Virus record (IMG/VR): IMGVR_UViG_3300017917_003016
Coordinates: 64,001-128,000 of that record
DNA from: a virus
Lineage: Duplodnaviria > Caudoviricetes
DNA: 64,000 bases
Strand: one strand, 5' to 3'
The stretch's first letter is position 1, and every line of letters begins with the position of its first letter. The notes beneath the pieces were generated by a model that was given only the letters and a program-made list of their open reading frames with translations, was not told where the DNA came from and did not search any database. This document shows positions 49,965-59,661 of this stretch, piece after piece. Both the position numbers and the translations under genes were made by a program.

Positions 49965-50646
49965 AGATTTTTTTTCTAACGATTTTCCAAAATTTAATAA
50001 ATCAGTCACAATGAGTGATGATGTGTTGGAAACAGATATTCCTGTATTAGAACTTCCTCTGAGATTAAATGTAACTTACCTGTTGGAACTACTTAAAGAT
50101 CAAACAACTGAAATTCATGTTAGGCCAAAGTATCCGTATGAGACAGAACCAAGAATAGCCAATTGGAATATACAACCTCTTTGGAGCGATGGCACAATAA
50201 TAACAAACTACAGTGATTTTTATTATAAAAAATGTCAACCCCCCTGCGAAAAAGTTGAGCCAACTCCAACCAGCGCAATAATTAAAAATTATTTAGAACA
50301 ATTTGGTTTTACTTTGGGACTATGTTTTTATTCAGTTTTTGATGCTGGTGGTTACGTTAGACCTCACAGGGACATCAGACCTTCCCAAAAATCACTTGAT
50401 TATATATGGATTCCTTTGAATAATCCCAACGGTAGTGAATTAAAAGTCTATCCATACGGAACAGTTAAAATAAATTTAGGTAGTGCTTATTTGCTGAATC
50501 AAAGTAATTATGTACATGCAGTAAAAAATCAATCTAATGAGCAAAGAAAAGTATTGCTAGGATACATAAGAAAAACCAACAAAAATTTTTTAAATCTAGT
50601 AGAATCTTGTATTAGAGAAAAATATAGGTTGACTGATGAAAATTAG
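49921..50646 (+). CDS. 2OG-Fe(II) oxygenase (Asp/Asn beta-hydroxylase-like)
   Basis: GGYVRPHRD...IPL...YVHAVKN...R: HxD...H triad. Confidence 0.7.
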   Translation: MILTTKGIRLDQLTKDFFSNDFPKFNKSVTMSDDVLETDIPVLELPLRLNVTYLLELLKDQTTEIHVRPKYPYETEPRIANWNIQPLWSDGTIITNYSDFYYKKCQPPCEKVEPTPTSAIIKNYLEQFGFTLGLCFYSVFDAGGYVRPHRDIRPSQKSLDYIWIPLNNPNGSELKVYPYGTVKINLGSAYLLNQSNYVHAVKNQSNEQRKVLLGYIRKTNKNFLNLVESCIREKYRLTDEN

Positions 50647-50705
50647 TCATTTAAAATAAAGTATAAATAATGTTATAAGTTGCTCAGGTGAGGGCTTATA
50701 TTTAG

Positions 50706-50725
50706 ATCTTGCTTAACTAAGGAGA
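50706..50725 (+). promoter_or_regulatory. ROSE-like RNA thermometer hairpin over dnaK SD
   Basis: ATCTTGCTTAACTAAGGAGA: UUGCU opposite AGGAG with bulged G. Confidence 0.6.
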
Positions 50726-50731
50726 TATGAT

Positions 50732-52648
50732 ATGTCAAAGATCATTGGTATTGACCTTGGCACCACAAATAGTTGTGTGGCCGTTCTTGAAAACAACAAA
50801 CCCCGCGTAATTGAAAATTCAGAAGGTGCTCGTACTACACCTAGTATCGTTGCCTACGGCGACGAAATCATCGTAGGTGCTAGCGCCAAACGACAAGCAG
50901 TGACCAATCCTAAGAAGACTATCTACGCTGCCAAACGTCTAATTGGTCGTAAGTTTGACGAAAAGGAAGTGCAAAAGGACATTGACCTTATGCCTTACAA
51001 GATTGTCAAGAATGACAACGGCGATGCATGGGTAGAAATTGATGACAAAAAACTAGCACCTCCGCAAATTTCAGCAGAAGTTTTGCGCAAAATGAAGAAG
51101 ACTGCCGAAGACTATCTGGGTCATGAAGTTACACAGGCTGTGATTACTGTGCCAGCCTACTTCAACGATGCACAACGCCAGGCCACTAAAGACGCTGGCA
51201 AGATTGCTGGTCTAGAAGTTTTGCGTATTATCAACGAGCCTACTGCTGCTGCACTGGCCTATGGCTGTGACAAGACCTCTAAGAAGGACCAGCGGGTTGC
51301 AGTATATGACCTAGGTGGTGGTACTTTTGATATTAGTATCATTGAAATTTCTGAAGTAGACGGCGAAAAGCAATTTGAAGTTCTTGCTACCAACGGTGAT
51401 ACATTCTTAGGCGGTGAAGACTTTGACCAACGTCTTATGGACTATCTCATTGACGAATTTAAGAAGGATTCAGGTATCGATCTTGGTAAGGATCCAATTG
51501 CCCTGCAACGTGTCAAATCTGCGGCTGAAAAGGCTAAGATCGAACTATCGGGTCAACAACAGACGGAAGTCAATGAACCCTACATTGCTATGGACTCTAC
51601 AGGGCCCAAGCATCTTAACGTTAAGATTACCCGTGCCAAATTTGAAAGTTTGGTTGCAGATCTTATCAAGCGTTCGATTGAACCCTGTAAAGCAGCCATC
51701 AAGGACAGTGGCGTAAATATCGCAGACATCGACGAAGTCATCCTCGTAGGCGGACAAACTCGCATGCCCAAAGTTCAAGAAGCAGTTAAGGAACTGTTTG
51801 GCAAGGAACCTCGCAAGGATGTCAACCCAGATGAAGCAGTTGCCGCCGGTGCTGCAATCCAAGGTGCTGTGTTGGGAGGAGATAAAACAGACGTACTGTT
51901 GCTGGACGTTACTCCTCTTTCTCTAGGAATTGAGACCATCGGTGGAGTGTTTACTAAATTAATTAGAAAGAATACAACTATTCCTACCAAGGCTACCCAA
52001 GTGTTCAGCACCGCAGACGACAATCAACCTGCAGTTACAGTCTGTATTGCACAGGGCGAACGTGAATTTATCAAAGATAACAAGATTCTTGGCCAGTTCA
52101 ACCTTGAGGGTATTGAACCTGCTCCACGTGGAATTCCTCAAATTGAAATTACTCTAGACATTGATGCCAATGGTATTCTTAAGGTATCGGCCAAAGACAA
52201 GAAGACCGGCAAAGAAAACAAGATTACCATCAAGGCCAACAGCGGTCTGAGTGAGGAAGAAATTGAACGCATGGTTAAGGATGCTGAAGCCAATGCTGAA
52301 GCAGATAAAAAAGCACGTGCACTAGTGGACACTAAAAACAATGCTGAACAGCAGATCTATAGTGTTAAGAAGACATTAGACGAACTTGGCGACAAGATTA
52401 CGTCTGATGAAAAGACCGCTATTGAAACTGCTATCAAAGCCGTTGAAGAAGCAATTAACGGCGATGATATTTCTGGTATTACTGACAAGGTGGAGGAACT
52501 TACCAAAGTTTCTGGTCCGCTATTTGCTGCATACCAGGCTGATGCTGCTGCCAAACAAGCAGAAGTGCAGCCCGGTGAGCCACAAAATTCAGAGAAGGCA
52601 GCGGATGTAGTTGATGCTGAATTCACTGAAGTAAAGAAAGATGCCTAA
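50732..52648 (+). CDS. dnaK: chaperone DnaK (Hsp70)
   Basis: [41 protein letters not shown]. Confidence 0.98.
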   Translation: MSKIIGIDLGTTNSCVAVLENNKPRVIENSEGARTTPSIVAYGDEIIVGASAKRQAVTNPKKTIYAAKRLIGRKFDEKEVQKDIDLMPYKIVKNDNGDAWVEIDDKKLAPPQISAEVLRKMKKTAEDYLGHEVTQAVITVPAYFNDAQRQATKDAGKIAGLEVLRIINEPTAAALAYGCDKTSKKDQRVAVYDLGGGTFDISIIEISEVDGEKQFEVLATNGDTFLGGEDFDQRLMDYLIDEFKKDSGIDLGKDPIALQRVKSAAEKAKIELSGQQQTEVNEPYIAMDSTGPKHLNVKITRAKFESLVADLIKRSIEPCKAAIKDSGVNIADIDEVILVGGQTRMPKVQEAVKELFGKEPRKDVNPDEAVAAGAAIQGAVLGGDKTDVLLLDVTPLSLGIETIGGVFTKLIRKNTTIPTKATQVFSTADDNQPAVTVCIAQGEREFIKDNKILGQFNLEGIEPAPRGIPQIEITLDIDANGILKVSAKDKKTGKENKITIKANSGLSEEEIERMVKDAEANAEADKKARALVDTKNNAEQQIYSVKKTLDELGDKITSDEKTAIETAIKAVEEAINGDDISGITDKVEELTKVSGPLFAAYQADAAAKQAEVQPGEPQNSEKAADVVDAEFTEVKKDA

Positions 52649-52664
52649 TGGGTCTTTCATGTTA

Positions 52665-52684
52665 ATCTTGCTTAATTAAGGAGA
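52665..52684 (+). promoter_or_regulatory. ROSE-like RNA thermometer hairpin over hsp20 SD
   Basis: ATCTTGCTTAATTAAGGAGA, 19/20 identical to dnaK leader. Confidence 0.65.
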
Positions 52685-52690
52685 CTAAAA

Positions 52691-53134
52691 ATGAAGCAAC
52701 ACTATGTTACAACTTTTGATATTCCAACAATCAGTCGTTTTGCTGTGGGTTTTGACCGTATGTTTGATGAACTTCAGCGCACCGCTACTACCCTTAATGG
52801 TACCAACTATCCTCCCTACAACATCGTTAGGGTCGATGAAACTCAATATGACATCGAGTTGGCCGTAGCAGGTTTTGAAGAAGATGAATTGGATGTTGAA
52901 GTACAAAATGGTGAACTCAGCATTCGCGGTGAAAGCAAGAGCGAGTCTGCTCGACTGGGAAATTATATCCATCAGGGTATTGCTAGTCGTAATTTTGTAC
53001 GTACATTTGCTCTGGCAGATAATGTAGAAGTCAGGACCGCCACTGTTAAGAATGGAATCCTTACAGTGAAGTTAGAAGTAATTGTGCCTGAGCACGAAAA
53101 GCCAAAAAAGATTGCTATTACTTTTCAAAAGTGA
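52691..53134 (+). CDS. small heat-shock protein (Hsp20, IbpA-like)
   Basis: GFDRMF, NYPPYNI, ELAVAGF, HQGIASRNF, NGILTV. Confidence 0.93.
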   Translation: MKQHYVTTFDIPTISRFAVGFDRMFDELQRTATTLNGTNYPPYNIVRVDETQYDIELAVAGFEEDELDVEVQNGELSIRGESKSESARLGNYIHQGIASRNFVRTFALADNVEVRTATVKNGILTVKLEVIVPEHEKPKKIAITFQK

Positions 53135-53149
53135 TATAATATAAATACT

Positions 53150-53167
53150 GGGGGAGGAAACTCCCCC
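53150..53167 (+). promoter_or_regulatory. GC-rich GAAA-tetraloop hairpin just after late box (5' stabiliser or terminator)
   Basis: GGGGGAG-GAAA-CTCCCCC after TATAAATA 53140. Confidence 0.5.
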
Positions 53168-53188
53168 AACTAATATAATAAGGACGCT

Positions 53189-53497
53189 ATGAGCACAAAA
53201 GTTGTTACCAAAACCAAAGTCTCGCCAAATCTTAATCTACAAGAGCCTCCTCAGTACAAGGTTATATATATCAATGATGATGTTACTACCATGGAGTTTG
53301 TAATTGAATCTTTGATTTCAGTTTTTGATTACACTCTCGATGATGCGGTATTTTTAACTAAGAAAATTCATGATGAAGGTACTGGAGTCGCTGCAATTCT
53401 TCCCTATGAAATGGCCGAACAGAAGGGAGTTGAAGTCACACAACTGGCGCGCAATAATGGATTTCCTTTAAATATTAAGTTGGAGCCGCAGGGATGA
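53189..53497 (+). CDS. clpS: ATP-dependent Clp protease adaptor ClpS
   Basis: PPQYKVIYINDDVTTMEFV, IHDEG, AEQK, FPLNIKLE. Confidence 0.92.
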   Translation: MSTKVVTKTKVSPNLNLQEPPQYKVIYINDDVTTMEFVIESLISVFDYTLDDAVFLTKKIHDEGTGVAAILPYEMAEQKGVEVTQLARNNGFPLNIKLEPQG

Positions 53498-53973
53498 TTT
53501 TCAATCACATTAAAGAACTTAAATCAGCCGGTAAGAAAATAGGTATCACCTTCAGTACATTTGACATGCTGCATGCCGGACATGTGGCCATGCTTAGTGA
53601 AGCAAAAAATCATTGCGATTATTTGATCGTTGGTCTACAGACAGATCCAACTATTGACAGGCCTATGGAAAAGAACAAACCAGTTCAAAGCATAGTTGAA
53701 AGACAGATTCAACTGTCAGCCTGCAGATACGTAGATGAAATCGTAGTATACGAAACTGAAAGAGATCTAGTAGACATCCTGTTGACTCTGCCCATTGACG
53801 TGCGTATTCTTGGTGTAGAATACGAGGACAAGGATTTCACTGGCCGCGAAGAATGTATGATGAGAGGTATCGAACTAGTGTTTAACAGTCGAGATCACAG
53901 TTTCTCAAGTTCAAGTCTACGCAAACGTGTAGCACACGCCGAAACTCACAAAATACTCAAAGCAGACCTCTAA
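53494..53973 (+). CDS. cytidylyltransferase (TagD/RfaE-like)
   Basis: TFDMLHAGH, LIVGLQTD, RYVDEI, HSFSSSSLR. Confidence 0.85.
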   Translation: MIFNHIKELKSAGKKIGITFSTFDMLHAGHVAMLSEAKNHCDYLIVGLQTDPTIDRPMEKNKPVQSIVERQIQLSACRYVDEIVVYETERDLVDILLTLPIDVRILGVEYEDKDFTGREECMMRGIELVFNSRDHSFSSSSLRKRVAHAETHKILKADL

Positions 53974-54509
53974 TGCATGTAATGCTGGATCTTGAGACTC
54001 TGAGCACTCGCCCAGATGCTACGATTCTTACCTTTGGTGCGTGTAAGTTTGATCCCTATCGTTTTCATGAAATTGATCAAGGGATATATTTTCGTATCGA
54101 CGTAGATGAACAAATTGGTCTAGGTCGTCATGTAGATGATAACACCATTGCTTGGTGGTCACAGCAGGCCCAAGATGTTCGTGAAGAGGCTCTAGGGGAT
54201 AGTAATCGTATTTCTTTAGAGCAATTTACGCAAGAATTAAATAGATTTATTGTTGGAGCCAAATGCATTTGGGCACAGGGTCCGGTTTTTGATATTGTTA
54301 TTTTAGAAAATCTCTATAGACAATTAGGCAAGCCTGCACCATGGCAGTATTGGCAAATTAGAGATAGTCGCACATTGTTAAGTACCCTAGGGGACCCTAG
54401 AGACAAAAACAAAGCAGGTCTGCACAATGCTCTAGAAGATTGCGTGAGCCAGGCTCAGGCAGTGCAGAAAATGTTTGGTCTATATAGTATTATTGACAAG
54501 GACAGATGA
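53973..54509 (+). CDS. DEDDh 3'-5' exonuclease
   Basis: MLDLETL, WAQG..FD, RDSRT, HNALEDC. Confidence 0.85.
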   Translation: MHVMLDLETLSTRPDATILTFGACKFDPYRFHEIDQGIYFRIDVDEQIGLGRHVDDNTIAWWSQQAQDVREEALGDSNRISLEQFTQELNRFIVGAKCIWAQGPVFDIVILENLYRQLGKPAPWQYWQIRDSRTLLSTLGDPRDKNKAGLHNALEDCVSQAQAVQKMFGLYSIIDKDR

Positions 54510-54826
54510 TGGATATAATTTTTGGTAGAGAAAACGCAGAAAGACTCCGTGAAAAATACACCGTGCTGGATCTTGAAACAGTCACTAAAGATGGAGTAAG
54601 TCTGGAAGTTTTTTGTCTTATACCTGCAGATAAAATTAGTATAATGGATCTTCCACAACTAGACAATTGGGTTAAATTGCATAACGATTTCCTGCATGGT
54701 TATCATTCTAAGCAATATAATTTCTGTCGACAGTGCATAGAGCATCTCAGAGGTAAATTCAGCGGAGAGTTAGATAGTTTCTACGATGAAATTCTAAAAC
54801 GCATTGACCAAGAAGAAAAAGTTTAA
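54506..54826 (+). CDS. hypothetical protein
   Basis: 106-aa coupled ORF; weak likeness to the C-terminal part of class III cyclases. Confidence 0.55.
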   Translation: MMDIIFGRENAERLREKYTVLDLETVTKDGVSLEVFCLIPADKISIMDLPQLDNWVKLHNDFLHGYHSKQYNFCRQCIEHLRGKFSGELDSFYDEILKRIDQEEKV

Positions 54827-54854
54827 TATAGATTAAACCACTATATTATCTAGT

Positions 54855-54891
54855 CTAGATTCCTTGTAAATACTTTTGAGCAAGGAGCTAG
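54855..54891 (+). promoter_or_regulatory. SD-sequestering hairpin with late-promoter-like box in its loop
   Basis: CTAG-A-TTCCTTG / CAAGGAGCTAG 11-bp stem; loop region holds GTAAATA. Confidence 0.55.
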
Positions 54892-54894
54892 ACA

Positions 54895-55377
54895 ATGAAA
54901 AAAACAATAACCTACCTCGCTCTACTCGCCTCTGCACAGGTTGCTCAGGCGGCAGAGTTGGTACATCAATTTAACAGCCCGGCATTCAGTGGAGCCGGCT
55001 ACAGTGCTCACGTACTTACCGTTAAACAATTAGAAGATCAAGCCAAAGAAAAAAATCACGCTGCAGCCGAAGCCATAAAAGCAAAAGCAGAACAGGAAGC
55101 AGCCAATACTCCCCAGGCACGTTTTATTGCTAATCTAGAATCACGTATCTATAGTCAATTGGCTAAACAATTGACCGATACTATGTTTGGTGAAGGCGCG
55201 ACCTGTACAACCACTGGGGTTATTTGTGGTACTATTGACAACTTAGGTGGCAATAGTATTAGTTGGATGTTGGGTGCCGGCAGCGATGCAGGAAATATAA
55301 TTATAACAATTAGAGACCTTAATAATACTAGTAATATTACAACAATGAAGGTCCCTGCCGGTACGTTTTACTTTTAA
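54895..55377 (+). CDS. csgF: curli assembly protein CsgF-like
   Basis: Signal peptide; ELVHQFNSPAFSG; FIANLESRIYSQLAKQL. Confidence 0.75.
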   Translation: MKKTITYLALLASAQVAQAAELVHQFNSPAFSGAGYSAHVLTVKQLEDQAKEKNHAAAEAIKAKAEQEAANTPQARFIANLESRIYSQLAKQLTDTMFGEGATCTTTGVICGTIDNLGGNSISWMLGAGSDAGNIIITIRDLNNTSNITTMKVPAGTFYF

Positions 55378-55386
55378 GGATGCTAG

Positions 55387-56265
55387 ATGAAAAGATCAAT
55401 ACTTGCGATTGCAGTTCTGACTGCACTAACAGGGTGTGCTAGTTCTAGCGCACTTCGAGAAAAGGCCTTTGGTGAACAGTTTGACCCTCCTACTGTAGAG
55501 CGAGAAACATTTTTTACCAAAGCAGAAAATCAATTAGCGCCGCCGGCTAGTGGACCAATCCCTGTAGCAGTCTATAGTTTTACTGACCGCACTGGACAAC
55601 GTAAAAACATTCCTAACATTGCTAGTTTTTCAACAGCAGTGACACAAGGTGGAGAAGCCTATCTTATCAAGGCTCTTCAGGATGTTGGCAACGGTCGTTG
55701 GTTTACTGTATTAGAACGTGTGGGACTGGACAACCTCATTAAAGAACGTCAGATGATACGCCAAATGCGTGAGCAATATCAGGGACGCGATGCTAAACCA
55801 TTACCGCCAATGGTGTTTGCTGGCATGATTGTAGAAGGAGCAATCACAGGATACGACAGTAATAGTTTAACAGGCGGTAGCGGAGCAAGAATTTTAGGTA
55901 TTGGCGCACAGACACAGTACCAAAGCGATACTGTTACAGTTACCCTTAGAACTATCAGTGTTAATACAGGAGAAGTTTTAACCACTGTTACTGTTACAAA
56001 AACTGTGCTGAGTTATATGGACAAGTTTGGTGTACTTAAATTTGTCAGCGCAGGCGAGCGTGCTATAGAAGCAGAGGCCGGCATGAGCATAAACGAAAGC
56101 ATTAACAAGGCCACTAGTCTAGCGGTCAAAGCAGCAGTAGTAGAAACTATTCGAGAAGGTGTCCGTAAAGGATATTGGGCACACAAGGCAGACAATCAAG
56201 AATCTGCTGTCAAGGTCGTACCTTTGCCTGCAGAACCCGCAGTGCAAAGTGAACAATTAAATTAA
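55387..56265 (+). CDS. csgG: curli secretion channel CsgG-like lipoprotein
   Basis: Lipobox LTGC; VAVYSFTDRTGQRK, STAVTQG, WFTVLERVGLDNLIKERQMIR. Confidence 0.9.
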   Translation: MKRSILAIAVLTALTGCASSSALREKAFGEQFDPPTVERETFFTKAENQLAPPASGPIPVAVYSFTDRTGQRKNIPNIASFSTAVTQGGEAYLIKALQDVGNGRWFTVLERVGLDNLIKERQMIRQMREQYQGRDAKPLPPMVFAGMIVEGAITGYDSNSLTGGSGARILGIGAQTQYQSDTVTVTLRTISVNTGEVLTTVTVTKTVLSYMDKFGVLKFVSAGERAIEAEAGMSINESINKATSLAVKAAVVETIREGVRKGYWAHKADNQESAVKVVPLPAEPAVQSEQLN

Positions 56266-56277
56266 AGGAGCAAGGCA

Positions 56278-57057
56278 ATGAAACTAAAAACTTTAGTTAG
56301 TTTAGTCGCCCTAGTAGTAGCAGGATCGGCATATGCTGCCGGCGAAACCGGTCCAAACCGCGTGTATATTGAACAAATTGGTAACACTAACCTTATAACC
56401 ATTCAGCAGGTTGGTGGCACCAACGACGTTGGCGGTGTTGCAGGCAGTGCTAGTGTTGATGTAACAGGCGTAACAACCTTGACAGTTACAGCACCTAGTA
56501 CCAGTAACTACGCTACTATTAACGGCAGTAGTAACACAGTAACACTGACACAAACTGGTAGCAATAACCAAGCACAGTACAATATCAAAGGTGGTAACAA
56601 TACCTATACCAGCACAATGACTGGTAATAATAATCAAACCAAACTAACTGTGGGTTCTACCAATACCAACGGTTCACAAAATTCAATAACTGAAACTGCA
56701 ACCGGTAGCAGTAATATGTTTATCACTGATGTTGTAGGCAGTAGCAATACTTTGGCAACTACAGTAACTGGTAGTTCAAACCAAATTACTCAGAGTGTTT
56801 TAACTAGCAATGCTGACATTACTAATACTGTTAGTGGTAGCAACAATATTTTTAATATTCAACAACGTGATGCTGCAGGCAGTGCTGGACACAGTCTGAC
56901 CATGGCAACCACAGGTGACTACAATAGCATTACCACTCAGCAGCAAGGTACTAATGACACCACTGTTAATATTTCTACTCAAGGTGATCACAATACCATC
57001 ACAGTTCGTACTAGCAGCACTAGTATATTAAACTCAGCCACAGCCATAGCGAGGTAA
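56278..57057 (+). CDS. secreted curlin-repeat protein
   Basis: Signal peptide; repeated N-x(5)-Q-x-G-x(2)-N (IEQIGNTNLITIQQVG, TQQQGTNDT). Confidence 0.7.
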   Translation: MKLKTLVSLVALVVAGSAYAAGETGPNRVYIEQIGNTNLITIQQVGGTNDVGGVAGSASVDVTGVTTLTVTAPSTSNYATINGSSNTVTLTQTGSNNQAQYNIKGGNNTYTSTMTGNNNQTKLTVGSTNTNGSQNSITETATGSSNMFITDVVGSSNTLATTVTGSSNQITQSVLTSNADITNTVSGSNNIFNIQQRDAAGSAGHSLTMATTGDYNSITTQQQGTNDTTVNISTQGDHNTITVRTSSTSILNSATAIAR

Positions 57058-57060
57058 GCC

Positions 57061-58146
57061 GTGAGGGCTTATCTTGCTGCGGCATTGCTGTTAGCCAGCG
57101 TTGGGGCATGGGCAGGCATAGGTGTAGTCAGTGACACCAAGGGATCTGCCTGTGCAATCGAACGTGCTAAAAAATCATTACCTGGAGACAAAGGTGCAGC
57201 CGTTGAATCAATGGACACCTATGTTACCGGTGGGTGTGTGAGTAACATAACCTTTAATGACGACACTCGGGTTAAAATAACAGAAAACAGTAGACTGCTA
57301 ATCGATGATTTTGTGTTTGATCCCAAAAAGAGCGATGCAGGCAAGTTGGCCTTAAAAGTTTCCATGGGCACGGTTCGGTATGCCAGCGGGCAAATAGCCA
57401 AGAACAATCCACAGCGAGTTGATATTAAAACACCCAGTGCTACTATTGCAGTGCGCGGTACTGATTTTAACATGACTGTTGATGAAACCGGTCAGAGTCT
57501 TGTGATTCTTGTACCTAGTTGTAGAGACAAAGACAAGGTCAAAGAGTATGAATTAGAGGAAAATACCTGTAAAGTAGGAAAGATTGAGGTGACCACCCTG
57601 GCGGGAACTGTGAGTCTGGACAAGGCGTTTGAAGCAACATATGTGGTCAATGCCACAGTACCGCCCACACCTCCGGTAGTGCTAAACACAGTAGAAGGTA
57701 AGATTAGTAATCTACTGATTATTTCTGGGCCGCCTGAAATTCAGCGAATGATGAAGGACAACAGTAAGGCCCGCAAAGAGCAAGAAGATTGGGAAGCCGA
57801 ACAGGCCAGACAGATAGCACAACGTATAAAAGAAGGTCAGCACGAAGAGACTCCTAAAGTAGTTTCCTACACATTTGACAATGGAAAAACCGGATGTAAC
57901 CCTTCTACTAGTATTTGTGTGCGTTGGGAAAAACCCGACGGAGAAACCATACAGGATCGAGGCAAGGGTACTGCCTTTCGCTCAAATGCAGATCACTATG
58001 CAGAAGTCAAAACTCTAGGCTATGACAGCAACACTTCTCTAACCATTACTCACGATGACAGTGTAGCCACAGCACAGATTGGCAGCGGTGATTTTGGAGG
58101 CAACGTAGTTAACATCAAACAAACTACCGGAGTTCTAAGAAAATGA
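57061..58146 (+). CDS. secreted FecR-domain protein
   Basis: Signal peptide; ITFNDDTRVKITENSRLLID, GTVRY, IKTPSATIAVRGTDF. Confidence 0.8.
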   Translation: MRAYLAAALLLASVGAWAGIGVVSDTKGSACAIERAKKSLPGDKGAAVESMDTYVTGGCVSNITFNDDTRVKITENSRLLIDDFVFDPKKSDAGKLALKVSMGTVRYASGQIAKNNPQRVDIKTPSATIAVRGTDFNMTVDETGQSLVILVPSCRDKDKVKEYELEENTCKVGKIEVTTLAGTVSLDKAFEATYVVNATVPPTPPVVLNTVEGKISNLLIISGPPEIQRMMKDNSKARKEQEDWEAEQARQIAQRIKEGQHEETPKVVSYTFDNGKTGCNPSTSICVRWEKPDGETIQDRGKGTAFRSNADHYAEVKTLGYDSNTSLTITHDDSVATAQIGSGDFGGNVVNIKQTTGVLRK

Positions 58147-59558
58147 AGTTCGTTATCGGTCTGATATTTTTGTTACTGTCTTCACTAGCACAGGCTCAAG
58201 ACCTCAGTTGGGAATCGGGTACACTCAATGGTTGGACTGTGGGTGGCGGTAGTTCAAGTTCTGTTAAATCATCAGGTTGGAGTTCAAACGGCATAGGTGC
58301 AGCAGTCAGTGGCGGTCTTACTAACTATTCTCCAGGCGGCGGCAAAACCTGGACTATTGCTCCCTATGGTACTTACATGGGTAGCCTGCAGCCAGGCAAC
58401 GGTTCGGTAACATTCGATACTGCTGTGTCAAATCTTGGATTAAGCAGCACAGAAAACACTGCAATAAAAAGTTATCTAAGTTATCAGGCCAGCAACGGCG
58501 GCGGTGGGAACCCTACACCAACTAACGCTACATGGATCAAACAAACTGTGGCACTCACAGCAGGGCAGACCTATACCATTGCATGGAACTATCTATCAAC
58601 AGATTACACTCCTTGGAACGACGGTTCTATGATAACGCTGACTCATACTACCAATGCCAATATCACTCCAACCCTAAATAACAAACAGCAAAGATATGGA
58701 CTATTGGGATTTACCAATCCGGGAACTGGTGAATATGCCACAGGTTCATACGGTAGTACCGGCTGGCAAGTGGCCGTGTTTACAGTGCCAGAAACAGGCA
58801 ACTATGTCTTAGGTTTTGCATCATTTAATCTAGGCGACACTGCACTAAGTCCTATTTTGTTTGTTGATCAATTGCAGGGTGTTACTACACTAAATGGTCA
58901 AAGTTTTGGTCCTGTTGCACCTAATCCTGGCAGCACAGCACCAACTGCACCTTCCGGTGGTGGCAGTTCTTTGTGCTGTGGCGGAAGTTCAGCAAGTTTT
59001 ACCATGGATGCAGACAAAGCAGCCAGTGTCAACGCATTTAAAAATCGTACCACAGCAGACAGTAAGGTCTACGTAGATCAAATTGGCAATGGCAATACTA
59101 TCACTGTTCAGCAAACGGGCACTAAAAATAACTATGCAGAATACAACGGCAATGGTAGTTCTAATACGGTAAACATAACTCAAAGCGGAACTGCAGCCAC
59201 AGAAGCCAACTATACAAGACTAGATATTATTGGCAACAGCAACACTGTCAATCTAACACAGACCAGCACTGGTGGGACTAAAAGTGTATTTGCCAGTATA
59301 AACAATAACAATAATTCAGTAACCATATTACAAAAAGACGCCGGCAGTCATCACCTAGATCTTACCTTAAGCGGTGGTGGCAAAACTGTAGACATCACAC
59401 AACAAGGATCTGCAGCACACATGGCAGACATTACCCTCACAGGCGCAGGTTCACGCAGCCTTACCTTGACTCAGCAGGGCAGTACTCAGCAATTCTACAG
59501 TATTAACAGCAGTTGTGCTTCAAGTTGTCAGGCCATAACCGTCACACAAGGACAATAA
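58143..59558 (+). CDS. secreted protein: carbohydrate-binding-like N domain, Pro/Ser linker, curlin repeats
   Basis: Signal peptide; jelly-roll-like N half; VYVDQIGNGNTITVQQTG repeats at C terminus. Confidence 0.65.
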   Translation: MKFVIGLIFLLLSSLAQAQDLSWESGTLNGWTVGGGSSSSVKSSGWSSNGIGAAVSGGLTNYSPGGGKTWTIAPYGTYMGSLQPGNGSVTFDTAVSNLGLSSTENTAIKSYLSYQASNGGGGNPTPTNATWIKQTVALTAGQTYTIAWNYLSTDYTPWNDGSMITLTHTTNANITPTLNNKQQRYGLLGFTNPGTGEYATGSYGSTGWQVAVFTVPETGNYVLGFASFNLGDTALSPILFVDQLQGVTTLNGQSFGPVAPNPGSTAPTAPSGGGSSLCCGGSSASFTMDADKAASVNAFKNRTTADSKVYVDQIGNGNTITVQQTGTKNNYAEYNGNGSSNTVNITQSGTAATEANYTRLDIIGNSNTVNLTQTSTGGTKSVFASINNNNNSVTILQKDAGSHHLDLTLSGGGKTVDITQQGSAAHMADITLTGAGSRSLTLTQQGSTQQFYSINSSCASSCQAITVTQGQ

Positions 59559-59580
59559 ATATCTAGTGGAGGACCACAAA

Positions 59581-59661
59581 ATGAGTTGGACTAATCACAA
59601 AACGCCCACACCAAAAGTACCACCAAGCCAATCAAAACCACCGCACCAGCCTAATCGTTGA
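59581..59661 (+). CDS. 26-aa Pro-rich peptide MSWTNHKTPTPKVPPSQSKPPHQPNR
   Basis: GGAGGA SD, late box 59555, terminator at end; absent from ORF track. Confidence 0.5.
   Translation: MSWTNHKTPTPKVPPSQSKPPHQPNR

Noticed and set aside
50732-53973. Host chromosomal fragment or prophage boundary
   Set aside because: dnaK, hsp20 and clpS carry the phage late box, lack normal bacterial neighbours (grpE/dnaJ, clpA) and are flanked by phage-type genes; no integrase or att site seen.
1712-58000. Numerous short antisense or alternate-frame ORFs inside long genes (e.g. 3594-4112, 25742-26263, 51414-51716)
   Set aside because: Shadow ORFs of well-supported genes, with no independent signals.
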